IMG/VR virus record: IMGVR_UViG_3300048577_000134
Coordinates: 1 to 39,549 of that record
Length of the DNA stretch: 39,549 nt
DNA from: a virus
Taxonomy: Duplodnaviria > Caudoviricetes
Strand: one strand, 5' to 3'
In this document: in pieces, positions 8,389-15,750 of the stretch
How the letters are laid out: the number at the start of each line of letters is the position of its first letter
How positions within the stretch are numbered: the first letter of the stretch is position 1
Notes under the pieces: generated by a model
The model's database searches: none
Told to the model about the DNA's origin: nothing
Seen by the model: only the letters and a program-made list of their open reading frames with translations
Translations under genes and position numbers: made by a program

Positions 8389-9159
8389 TCAGGCTTGCTC
8401 CTTGGCGGCGGCGGCTTCGGCCTTGGAGGCGAGGACGTCGAGTTGGGTTATGCGGTCGTGGGCGAGCTTGCGGAGGGATACCCAGTCCTTGGGCTGCAGC
8501 CAGCGGCGCGCTTGTTTGTCGTTGAGCGCGGCCTGGAGGTCTCCCAGGGCGCGCGTGAAAAGAGCCATGGCTGCCGCGCGATTCTGGCGGGCGAGCTGGT
8601 CGGGCGTGAGCTTCGACTTCTTGTTCTCGTAGTGGACGCGCTTGCCGGTTTCTGGATCGATATTGCGCGGGCTGCGAACTACGCCGTATTCGCGGTAAAG
8701 GTCGGTCAGGCTCCCCTCTCCGAGTACGTCTTTGACCTGACCGGCAATCTGGTCGCGGTAGGCGGTGTCTGACTCGATTTTTGAGAGGAAGTCAGGGGCC
8801 GTTAGGTCGGTAGTTTGCAAATCGGACACAGTGTCCGTTTTGCTTCCGGAACCCAAAAGCGACACAGTGTCGTTTTTGATGGATCGAACCAGAGCCATGT
8901 ATCTCTGGGCAGTGCGTTCGCTGATAAGTGGACAGTGCTTTTCGATCCAAGGCCCGAACTCTGTATGCTTGAGTGACTCCTTGGCTCGCTCGCATAAGAC
9001 ACCAGTGCGGATCGCGAAGACGACCGCCAGTTGGGCGTGTGTCTTTGCGACGGCGTGCGTCTCGTTGATCTCGTTGGCGATTGCCTGGAGGTTTTCGCTG
9101 CTCGCTGTTGCGACCGCTGATTCTTCTACAACTTCAAGGGCTGTTTCTTGGGTTTTCAT
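8389..9159 (-). CDS. DUF3102-domain DNA-binding protein
   Basis: AKESLKHTEFGPWIEKHCPLISERTAQRYM signature. Confidence 0.8.
   Translation of the reverse strand: MKTQETALEVVEESAVATASSENLQAIANEINETHAVAKTHAQLAVVFAIRTGVLCERAKESLKHTEFGPWIEKHCPLISERTAQRYMALVRSIKNDTVSLLGSGSKTDTVSDLQTTDLTAPDFLSKIESDTAYRDQIAGQVKDVLGEGSLTDLYREYGVVRSPRNIDPETGKRVHYENKKSKLTPDQLARQNRAAAMALFTRALGDLQAALNDKQARRWLQPKDWVSLRKLAHDRITQLDVLASKAEAAAAKEQA
8817..8878. repeat. Two tandem palindromes with GACAC-A-GTGTC core inside the DUF3102 gene
   Basis: 8817-8843 (12 of 13 arm pairs) and 8854-8878 (11 of 12); centres are 36 bp apart. Confidence 0.8.
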
Positions 9160-9166
9160 TGGGGAG

Positions 9167-9523
9167 TTATGCGTTGCGGAGCTGTGTCCCGATCCGCTGG
9201 TAAAGAAGTGCTTTCTCCGCGGCCGGCATTAAGTCGACCACCTCGTATAGGCGTGCGCGGAAATCGGATGGTTCGTAATTCGCGGTCTTCGCCAGATATA
9301 TAATCACGCCTGACCTGCGGAATCTCCTGTGTTGGCGCTCACCACTGGCGGCGTTGATTTCGTGCCCCATTAGGCGCTGATCGTCGAAAAGCCTGATAAC
9401 GGTGCGCTCATCGACGCCTATAGCTGATGCAACTTCATCAGCCCGCAGGTACTCCCTGCGCGGCAGCAAGAAATCCAGATGGTCCTGCCATGCCTTTAGG
9501 TCGACTTGTTGGGCGATTGGCAT
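9167..9523 (-). CDS. HTH (Xis/MerR-like) DNA-binding protein
   Basis: YLRADEVASAIGVDERTVIRLFDD; ATG 1 nt after the upstream TAA. Confidence 0.75.
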   Translation of the reverse strand: MPIAQQVDLKAWQDHLDFLLPRREYLRADEVASAIGVDERTVIRLFDDQRLMGHEINAASGERQHRRFRRSGVIIYLAKTANYEPSDFRARLYEVVDLMPAAEKALLYQRIGTQLRNA

Positions 9524-9524
9524 C

Positions 9525-9746
9525 TTAGTTTTTTCTGGCCGCAAAGTTGAGTCTTAGCTGGCGGTGTTTACGGCTGACGCGCTCTAGATCGGCGGCAAGT
9601 GAGCGGCACTGCATGGCCGTTTCCTTGTCGGGCGTCTCTGCTGCGAATGCGTAGTAGAGCGTTATGCGTCGGTCGATTGGCTGTGTCTCTATGGCTTCAA
9701 GTATGAAGTCAGTAAGGACGGCTGATGCTGGTGCTTCGTGTGTCAT
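9525..9746 (-). CDS. Hypothetical protein
   Basis: ATGA-coupled to the Ner-like gene; 73 aa. Confidence 0.65.
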   Translation of the reverse strand: MTHEAPASAVLTDFILEAIETQPIDRRITLYYAFAAETPDKETAMQCRSLAADLERVSRKHRQLRLNFAARKN

Positions 9747-9922
9747 GCTGACATTGCCTCCTTGATTTGTTGCCGCACGCGAGGAAAGCGCCCTCCGTTT
9801 ATCGCGGTCGATACGGTGTCGCGCCGCCTGCCAATTAGCTTTGCGAGTTCTGTGACCGACATGTCTCGCCTGGAAAGCCAGACGTTCACGCTGCGGCGAA
9901 ATTTGTCTTGTGCGGATGGCAT
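9743..9922 (-). CDS. Ner/Cro-like HTH regulator
   Basis: MSVTELAKLIGRRRDTVSTAING; first gene of the early operon, divergent from the repressor. Confidence 0.8.
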   Translation of the reverse strand: MPSAQDKFRRSVNVWLSRRDMSVTELAKLIGRRRDTVSTAINGGRFPRVRQQIKEAMSA

Positions 9923-9925
9923 CGT

Positions 9926-9967
9926 TCGTGTTTGCTGGGTCAACAAATGTTGAGCAAGCGAACACGA
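9926..9967. promoter_or_regulatory. Immunity-region operator palindrome
   Basis: TCGTGTTTGCT-ggg-TCAACA-aa-TGTTGA-gca-AGCGAACACGA is a symmetric 42-bp inverted repeat between the divergent regulators. Confidence 0.7.
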
Positions 9968-9981
9968 GTCAACACATAATA

Positions 9982-10479
9982 GTGGAAAAAACGAACACTC
10001 ATTCAGAGCGCTTCCGCGAAATCAGAAAGCTGCTGGGCCTGACTCAGCAGCAGCTAGCTGATCGCTTACTCATTACCAGAAATTATGTGGCGCAGATTGA
10101 ATCGGGTTTCAAAAAGGAGCCAAGCGCCCGAGTATTGAGGGACCTGGAATTGCTATCGATTGACCAAGCGAATGGCTTGCCTGTTCGAAATGTTGACCAG
10201 GTAAAAGGCGATAAACCGGACGGTATTCCAGTAAAAGGAAACGTGGCTGCCGGTGTGTTGCTTCGCAGGTTTCAAAGGCTACTAAATACCGCAGGCAGTA
10301 ACCCTCAGAGACTAGCATGGATTGCAGAACAAATGGATCAGCACTTAGAGGTGCCAGGAAAGTGGACATCTGCTAGGGAGATACTTGAGAAGGTTGATGC
10401 TGTAGAATCCGCGCTGCGCAATTCAGGCACCCGTAGTCATCAAAAAGATCACGGCGCCCCTCAGAGGCATAGTGGATAG
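9982..10479 (+). CDS. XRE-family prophage repressor
   Basis: RFREIRKLLGLTQQQLADRLLITRNYVAQIESG; the GTG start at 9982 is inferred. Confidence 0.85.
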   Translation: MEKTNTHSERFREIRKLLGLTQQQLADRLLITRNYVAQIESGFKKEPSARVLRDLELLSIDQANGLPVRNVDQVKGDKPDGIPVKGNVAAGVLLRRFQRLLNTAGSNPQRLAWIAEQMDQHLEVPGKWTSAREILEKVDAVESALRNSGTRSHQKDHGAPQRHSG

Positions 10480-10657
10480 TCACAGCACAAAATATACAGG
10501 CCTCTCCATGAATTACTCTATTGTGATTGCGCGTGATAGCGATTGCGAACTGTCGCAGCGCGTCTGGGTTCATCTTTATGATCGCTTGCTCCAGCTGCTC
10601 CTGGGTTGGAGGCTGGGGAGGAAATGGTATAACCTGACCTGAATCGTGTGCTCGCAA
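10373..10657 (-). CDS. Possible small protein with two CxxC motifs
   Basis: CIFC and CLNC; overlaps the repressor 3' end by 107 nt. Confidence 0.35.
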   Translation of the reverse strand: MRAHDSGQVIPFPPQPPTQEQLEQAIIKMNPDALRQFAIAITRNHNRVIHGEACIFCAVTIHYASEGRRDLFDDYGCLNCAARILQHQPSQVSP

Positions 10658-10739
10658 AACACAGGGGTAATGAGCAAAGGGCGCATAAGGGAAACCCTTA
10701 TGCGCGTCTCGTTGTATCCACTGCTCAATACCTTAGGGA

Positions 10740-11126
10740 ATGGTGGACGTGGAGCGACACGTCAACTCTCACAAGAGCACCATCACGGTCCATGTCGATG
10801 TTGCGAAGGCATTGCTGGAGCGGGCTGCACAGCTTCGCCTTCCTTATGCGCGTCTCCATGCGATTTTAGTCCACAACGACGTCGAGGCTTCTCGGGGAGA
10901 GCGACTACAAAGGATAGAAAGCCAAATTCCATCGGGGAAGTTTACGAGAATTCCATTGACGTACCAAATGGATGTCGAACTGCTGAGGCGAGGCCGAGCG
11001 AGAGCGCGTGCGCTGGGGGGGACCTTTTCAAGCTACTCGGAATCGCTTTTTCTGAGAGAACTTCGCTCACAGGAACGCTCGCTTACCGTGCGCCCGAAAT
11101 CCGGCAGCGAAAAGCCGAAACTCTAG
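10740..11126 (+). CDS. Hypothetical protein, possible tandem ribbon-helix-helix regulator
   Basis: Two similar strand-helix-helix segments: TITVHVDVAKALLERAAQL and PLTYQMDVELLRRGRARARAL. Confidence 0.5.
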   Translation: MVDVERHVNSHKSTITVHVDVAKALLERAAQLRLPYARLHAILVHNDVEASRGERLQRIESQIPSGKFTRIPLTYQMDVELLRRGRARARALGGTFSSYSESLFLRELRSQERSLTVRPKSGSEKPKL

Positions 11127-11149
11127 TGTTTCGTAGGATGAATTTTAAT

Positions 11150-12052
11150 ATGAAAACGATACCATTTATCGTATGTATATTCGCGTGCGTCCACGGGGCG
11201 CTCGCTGCATCATGGTCTTTGTCTGAGCGCAGCATCGTTAAGAAGATTCCCGATGTGTTCCTAAAGCACACAGCTGGACCTGTGCTCCAGCCTTCGGATT
11301 CAGACGTTTCAGACGCGATCAGTTTTGGAGCTAAATCAAAGGAAGACGCATCAGTCCTTGATTATGCTTACCTGATCAAAGAGTCAGTGTCGGGATGGCG
11401 TTCCGATGTTATCTATGTGACCGTCTCTACCCCGCTTCACCAGATTGCTCTGCATTCTTTTGAGCAGTCCAAGGCATACCGTTCTGTTGACGAAGAAAAG
11501 GTGTCTTTTCTGCGCAAGGCGAGAGTAGTGAAAATTTCAATATGCCAGCAGTACATGAGTAGGGCTTTTACAGCCATCCCGGTTAAGAGGGATGTAATCC
11601 TGTTGCGAGACGGTGTGCGCGTTAAGCCACTCACGGAAATACAGTCGTACCATGGCGCATTTCCTTTTTCTGATAGAACTGCTGATGTTCAAAGAATGGC
11701 GGGCTTAGAGGGAATTCAGCAGGCGGCTTTAGCGTCTATGCGGGATAGCCTAGCGTCTATGACTCCAGAGCAGAGAAAAGCAATGATACCAAAGCTGCGA
11801 GCGATGGGCGTTAGCGATTCCCAGCTTCGGGCGATACTTGGGGTGGATGTAGAAGGCCTCCAGCGACTTTCGGGGGCGGATAACGCTTCGGCCACTCTGT
11901 CTGTATCTGAATGCGATGGCTTTTTCGAGATATCTGAGCTTCGCAAGCCTGGGAGATACGAAGTTGTGTTTCGAGAGCCCAAGGTGGAATTTGGGGGTGT
12001 GACGCAAGATAAAGAAGTGCGATTCCCTATTTCCTTTTCGAAATTCAGGTAA
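11150..12052 (+). CDS. Secreted/periplasmic accessory (moron) protein, 300 aa
   Basis: Signal peptide MKTIPFIVCIFACVHGALA-A; visibly AT-richer than the core genes. Confidence 0.75.
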   Translation: MKTIPFIVCIFACVHGALAASWSLSERSIVKKIPDVFLKHTAGPVLQPSDSDVSDAISFGAKSKEDASVLDYAYLIKESVSGWRSDVIYVTVSTPLHQIALHSFEQSKAYRSVDEEKVSFLRKARVVKISICQQYMSRAFTAIPVKRDVILLRDGVRVKPLTEIQSYHGAFPFSDRTADVQRMAGLEGIQQAALASMRDSLASMTPEQRKAMIPKLRAMGVSDSQLRAILGVDVEGLQRLSGADNASATLSVSECDGFFEISELRKPGRYEVVFREPKVEFGGVTQDKEVRFPISFSKFR

Positions 12053-12131
12053 AAATACCCTGACTTTAGCGACAGCAAAGACAGCAAGGGTAACGCTCTG
12101 GTGAGGCGTTATTGTAGAGTGGGCGCGTTGT

Positions 12132-12905
12132 ATGACGCAGCCCACTACATCGACAGCACACACCCGCAAGCCGCCCTGTAACGCGGTGGTGCGTAGGTTC
12201 ACCGCGCGGGAGGCCTGGACGGCTACAGCTCGCGGTCAGGTGGGGCTCTATATCTCCACTGAGGCGGGCGTTATTTTCATCGCCGTCCCGTGCGAGCTGT
12301 GGCGCGAGAAGATGCAGGCTCGCGTGGATTCGAACGGCAACCCGTTGCCGTCAGTCGAGAAGCATTGCATAATGTTTTCTCCTAAAGAGCTTGAGGCGTG
12401 GAAAAGGGCTCAAGCGGGAAAGAAGATCACAGTCGAGGTGGAGGGGCCTCCTTTGGAGGAGGGTTGGCTCGCAGCGAAGCCTTCAGTTCTTCGAATTGGC
12501 TCAGGGCTTCTTCCTGAGACGGCATCGGGATCGACTGCTGAATGTCAATCCTCAGGCCAGAAGCCAGCCCCAGGATTATCGTCTGCGTCGCCAAAAGCTC
12601 CTGGCGGAGTCGAGTCAACATCACCGCGAAAGCGGCATGCTCGACCCGAAGTTGTTCAAGTTCTTGTTTCTCGTTCATCGCAAGTCCGAGAAGAGCGCAA
12701 CGCCGGCGGGGAGGCAATCTCCTCCGGCGGCTGCGCCGTACCGGATCGCAAGGCTGTCACGGTTGCTGAGCTGATCGAGCGCTTCAAGCGCGGGGCGTCG
12801 CTGGATGTCCTTTCCAAGGAGACGGGCCTTTCCGTCGGCCTGCTCACGGCTGCTTTCATTCGCCAGGGTGTTGCCCTGGCTGACCTCAACCCAAAAACAG
12901 AATGA
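12132..12905 (+). CDS. Hypothetical protein with C-terminal HTH
   Basis: VTVAELIERFKRGASLDVLSKETGLSVGLL; ATGA-coupled to the next gene. The middle third is Ser/Pro-rich and doubtful. Confidence 0.55.
   Translation: MTQPTTSTAHTRKPPCNAVVRRFTAREAWTATARGQVGLYISTEAGVIFIAVPCELWREKMQARVDSNGNPLPSVEKHCIMFSPKELEAWKRAQAGKKITVEVEGPPLEEGWLAAKPSVLRIGSGLLPETASGSTAECQSSGQKPAPGLSSASPKAPGGVESTSPRKRHARPEVVQVLVSRSSQVREERNAGGEAISSGGCAVPDRKAVTVAELIERFKRGASLDVLSKETGLSVGLLTAAFIRQGVALADLNPKTE
12427..12678 (-). CDS. Possible nested antisense small helical protein (83 aa)
   Basis: MNEKQELEQLRVEHAAFAVMLTRLRQELLATQTIILGL reads as a natural amphipathic helix opposite the low-complexity part of the + ORF. Confidence 0.35.
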   Translation of the reverse strand: MNEKQELEQLRVEHAAFAVMLTRLRQELLATQTIILGLASGLRIDIQQSIPMPSQEEALSQFEELKASLRANPPPKEAPPPRL

Positions 12906-13204
12906 GCAAATCACCGCTGAAGTCCTGGCTGTGCTCCGTGGCCTCCGAATTCGTCGAGGGCATCGCGGACGGCTTTATCATCGTCGCTGGCGGTGCGCAG
13001 GCCGCCCAGGTGGCAACCGCCAATGTCCGAGCGCTCACTCCGCAAGAGTTGGTCGGCTCGATCCTGATTGCCGGCGTCTGGTATGTCGCGGCCTTCGTGA
13101 AGAAGAACCCGCCACCCTTTGGCCAGGATGCTGCGCCCGTGCCTGACCGCTTTGGCTCTGTCTCGATCACGCCCGCCTCAACCCAAAACCAAGACACAAA
13201 ATGA
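12902..13204 (+). CDS. Small membrane protein, holin candidate
   Basis: Two hydrophobic segments and a polar C-terminal tail; located where Mu-like phages carry lysis genes. Confidence 0.55.
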   Translation: MSKSPLKSWLCSVASEFVEGIADGFIIVAGGAQAAQVATANVRALTPQELVGSILIAGVWYVAAFVKKNPPPFGQDAAPVPDRFGSVSITPASTQNQDTK

Positions 13205-13644
13205 AGCTCTATCTCGTCCTGCTCCTCACCGCGCTTTGCGCGTTTGTATCCGGCTGCGCCACCACGACCACAAGCACGGCTCCGACGGACAAGCAGACCG
13301 TCATCGCAAACGCCGTAGAGGACACGTTGAGCATCGGCCTCGTGCCGGTGCTCACCAAGAACCCCGATTACGTCCCAGTGGCCAGAAGTCTTGCAGTGGC
13401 GCTCGCTAGTTTCTCCGGAGAGACGCTCGCCCTGTCCGACATCGAGGCGGCCTTGGCGAAGACAAAACTCGCCCCCGATGATGCGCGCACAGTTGCAGCT
13501 CTGATCAACGCGGCCTGGGATACCTATGCGCGTCGCTACGCGCAGCAGGTGAGTGCGAGCGTGAGGCCCGACGTGAAGCTTTTCCTTGGTGCTGTGGAAA
13601 GCGGCATTAACCGAGCGATAAGCTCTCTTCCAAAGGCCTCCTAA
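13201..13644 (+). CDS. Lipoprotein
   Basis: MKLYLVLLLTALCAFVSG-C lipobox. Confidence 0.75.
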   Translation: MKLYLVLLLTALCAFVSGCATTTTSTAPTDKQTVIANAVEDTLSIGLVPVLTKNPDYVPVARSLAVALASFSGETLALSDIEAALAKTKLAPDDARTVAALINAAWDTYARRYAQQVSASVRPDVKLFLGAVESGINRAISSLPKAS

Positions 13645-13838
13645 TGGACACGCTCAAGGCCATCTGTGCTGCAATTGCGTCGGTATTTACATGGAAGAGC
13701 AAAAGGCTCGACCTGGATAATTCGCCAGAAATGCAGGCCCGCGCCAAGGGCGAAACGGACCAGCAAGTAAAGGACGGCGCAGCCAAGAGCATCGCCGACG
13801 GCGATCTCGATCAAATCCGAAAGGACCTTGCCGAATGA
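13644..13838 (+). CDS. Small protein with N-terminal hydrophobic anchor (i-spanin-like candidate)
   Basis: TAATG/ATGA-coupled; hydrophobic N-terminus then a charged helix. Confidence 0.55.
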   Translation: MDTLKAICAAIASVFTWKSKRLDLDNSPEMQARAKGETDQQVKDGAAKSIADGDLDQIRKDLAE

Positions 13839-14266
13839 TCCACCGCCACCACTGCACCTGTCAGGAGTGCCAGCGCACACTTCGCAAGGATCGCGCTCTG
13901 AAGCTTTCTATCGGGCTGGTGTGCCTGGCCCTCGGTCTCTTTTCGCTCAGCGTGATCGTTAGCGGCTGCAATTCGACGGTTGCACCCGCTCCGGTTGAAT
14001 CTCGCCAGGCGAGCTACGACCATGGCGAACAAAACAGCGGCATCCTGTCGCTCGTGCCTGGAGGAGCACTCATCACGCCCAGGGCGCGGGAGAGATACAA
14101 TGCGCTCATCGCAATCTACCGACGCGAGTTCTCGCCTGCGCTCGTCGCCGACCAGGGCGTGAGCCCTGAGGCCGCAGGGAATTTCCGAATCACAAACGAG
14201 GCCCTGCAAAAGTTCATCCTCATGAACTCTTGGAAGCGCATGGGCCGAATCCCAGGAACCAAATAA
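13835..14266 (+). CDS. Lipoprotein (o-spanin-like candidate)
   Basis: Hydrophobic stretch ending IVSG-C. Confidence 0.6.
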   Translation: MIHRHHCTCQECQRTLRKDRALKLSIGLVCLALGLFSLSVIVSGCNSTVAPAPVESRQASYDHGEQNSGILSLVPGGALITPRARERYNALIAIYRREFSPALVADQGVSPEAAGNFRITNEALQKFILMNSWKRMGRIPGTK

Positions 14267-14277
14267 CCATCGCACCC

Positions 14278-14712
14278 ATGATCCCCGTCCTAGCCGAATT
14301 GCCAGACTTCGCCTGGATCACAGGAGGCGCCGTTGTCGTATTCATCGTCGTAGCCTTTGGCGCTTCGATTGTGCTCCGAGAGATGCGTGAGCTGCGCTCC
14401 AATCTTGCCGACGAGATCGGGCGTCAGCTCGAATCAGCCAAGCAGGCGCAGCCGGTAGCAGTGCAGCAGCCGCTGATCGTGACGGCGCACGAGAAGCATG
14501 TGACGCGCGAAGAGCACGCGGCTCTGACTCAGCGGCTCGATGACGAGCTGGGCCGTGAGCGCGGCGCGCGAAAGAAGATGCACGAGGAGATAGCGTCGCT
14601 CCAGGGCGACGTGAAAGTCCTTAAGAGCCAGAACGAAACCCAATCAAGGCAGCTCTCCACGATGGACCAGAAGATGGACCAGGTGCTGTTGCGGCTGCCC
14701 CGCCCTTCCTGA
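14278..14712 (+). CDS. Membrane-anchored coiled-coil protein (Mu gp25-like position)
   Basis: N-terminal TM helix and heptad C-terminus; synteny upstream of the terminase genes. Confidence 0.7.
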   Translation: MIPVLAELPDFAWITGGAVVVFIVVAFGASIVLREMRELRSNLADEIGRQLESAKQAQPVAVQQPLIVTAHEKHVTREEHAALTQRLDDELGRERGARKKMHEEIASLQGDVKVLKSQNETQSRQLSTMDQKMDQVLLRLPRPS

Positions 14713-14714
14713 CC

Positions 14715-14981
14715 ATGACCCCCAACGACGTTTTGCAACTTCAGACCTTCCTCCTGATCACGATCAATGCCTGCGGCGACGTAGGCATCCAGGCGGAAAG
14801 CATCATCCCGCGTGCTCGCATGGAGCAGTTTCGGGATCTCACTGCCCCGCAGCTTCGAGTCGAACTCCTAGCCATGTCAGACCGCGGCTGGGTTGTCGCC
14901 TATCAGCCGGCGCTTGGCGCGCAGCGCTGGAAGATTACCGGCCTTGGGCGCGCAGCGCTCCAGGAGGCCGGGCTCGCGTGA
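14715..14981 (+). CDS. Mu gp26-like winged-helix protein
   Basis: QLRVELLAMSDRGWV...WKITGLGRAAL; synteny. Confidence 0.7.
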   Translation: MTPNDVLQLQTFLLITINACGDVGIQAESIIPRARMEQFRDLTAPQLRVELLAMSDRGWVVAYQPALGAQRWKITGLGRAALQEAGLA

Positions 14982-14999
14982 ATAAACTCAACCACTTTC

Positions 15000-15085
15000 C
15001 CGACTGCGCTGGGGAGCGCGGTCGGTCCGGTAGCAAGGGCTCGCACGCCCGGCGGGTGTCTCGGGGTAGCTCCCGCCGGGCTTTT
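15000..15085 (+). terminator. Two hairpins upstream of the packaging genes, the second terminator-like
   Basis: CCGACTGCGCT-GGGG-AGCGCGGTCGG (15000-15025), then GCCCGGCGGG...CCCGCCGGGC-TTTT (15047-15085). Confidence 0.5.
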
Positions 15086-15102
15086 CGGCCCAACAACTGA
15101 AC

Positions 15103-15750
15103 ATGCCAACCATCGCAGAACAACAACTCCCAGCCGAGAAATTCTCGGCCATGTGCGAAGACTTGCGCGCCATCGCGGCGCGTCCGACTCTCGCCCAGGT
15201 GCGCGAAGTGCTCGTGCGCTACGGAGTGACGTCGCCAAAAGCGCGCGATGGAAAGCCCTCTGCGATGGCCGCGAAGGCCGTGCTCGATGGCCCGTTTGCC
15301 CGCTATGTGGCGCGCCTGAACGCGGGTCGCGAAACGCGCGAGGCTCTTTGTGCCGCCGCGGGCGCCGGAGTGCATCCGCTCGACGCAATCGAAGAGGCGA
15401 TGGTGCTGGAGCTGCAAGACGCCATCGTGGGCGCCGACGGGGGTGAGATTGATGTGAAGTGGATCGTTGATCGACTTTCGCAACTTCGCTCCTCGATCTC
15501 GATGCGGGAGAATTCCCGGCGTCAGCAGGCCGATCTTGAGCGGAAGCAGAAAGAGACAGAGGCCAAGCTGGCTCTCGCAGAACAGCGCGAGGCCCTGTTT
15601 CGGGAACAGATTGAAAAGCTTCAGGCGGATCGCGAAGAGCGTGAGCGCAAGAAGCAAGAACTTCTCGCCCGGATCGAGAGCGCGAAGAAGAAGAGCGGGC
15701 TCACCAAAGAGACGCTCGCCCAGATTGAGCAGGAGGCGAAACTGCTATGA
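15103..15750 (+). CDS. Terminase small subunit candidate (Mu gp27/DUF3486-like)
   Basis: Helical protein ending KSGLTKETLAQIEQEAKLL; ATGA-coupled to terL. Confidence 0.75.
   Translation: MPTIAEQQLPAEKFSAMCEDLRAIAARPTLAQVREVLVRYGVTSPKARDGKPSAMAAKAVLDGPFARYVARLNAGRETREALCAAAGAGVHPLDAIEEAMVLELQDAIVGADGGEIDVKWIVDRLSQLRSSISMRENSRRQQADLERKQKETEAKLALAEQREALFREQIEKLQADREERERKKQELLARIESAKKKSGLTKETLAQIEQEAKLL

Noticed and set aside
10646-11149. N-terminal extension of the 468-aa ORF
   Set aside because: Overlaps 10740-11126 and would bury the signal peptide that starts at 11150.
11730-11762. Short direct repeat TAGCGTCTATG
   Set aside because: Two copies encoding LASM within a gene; too short to support a separate function.
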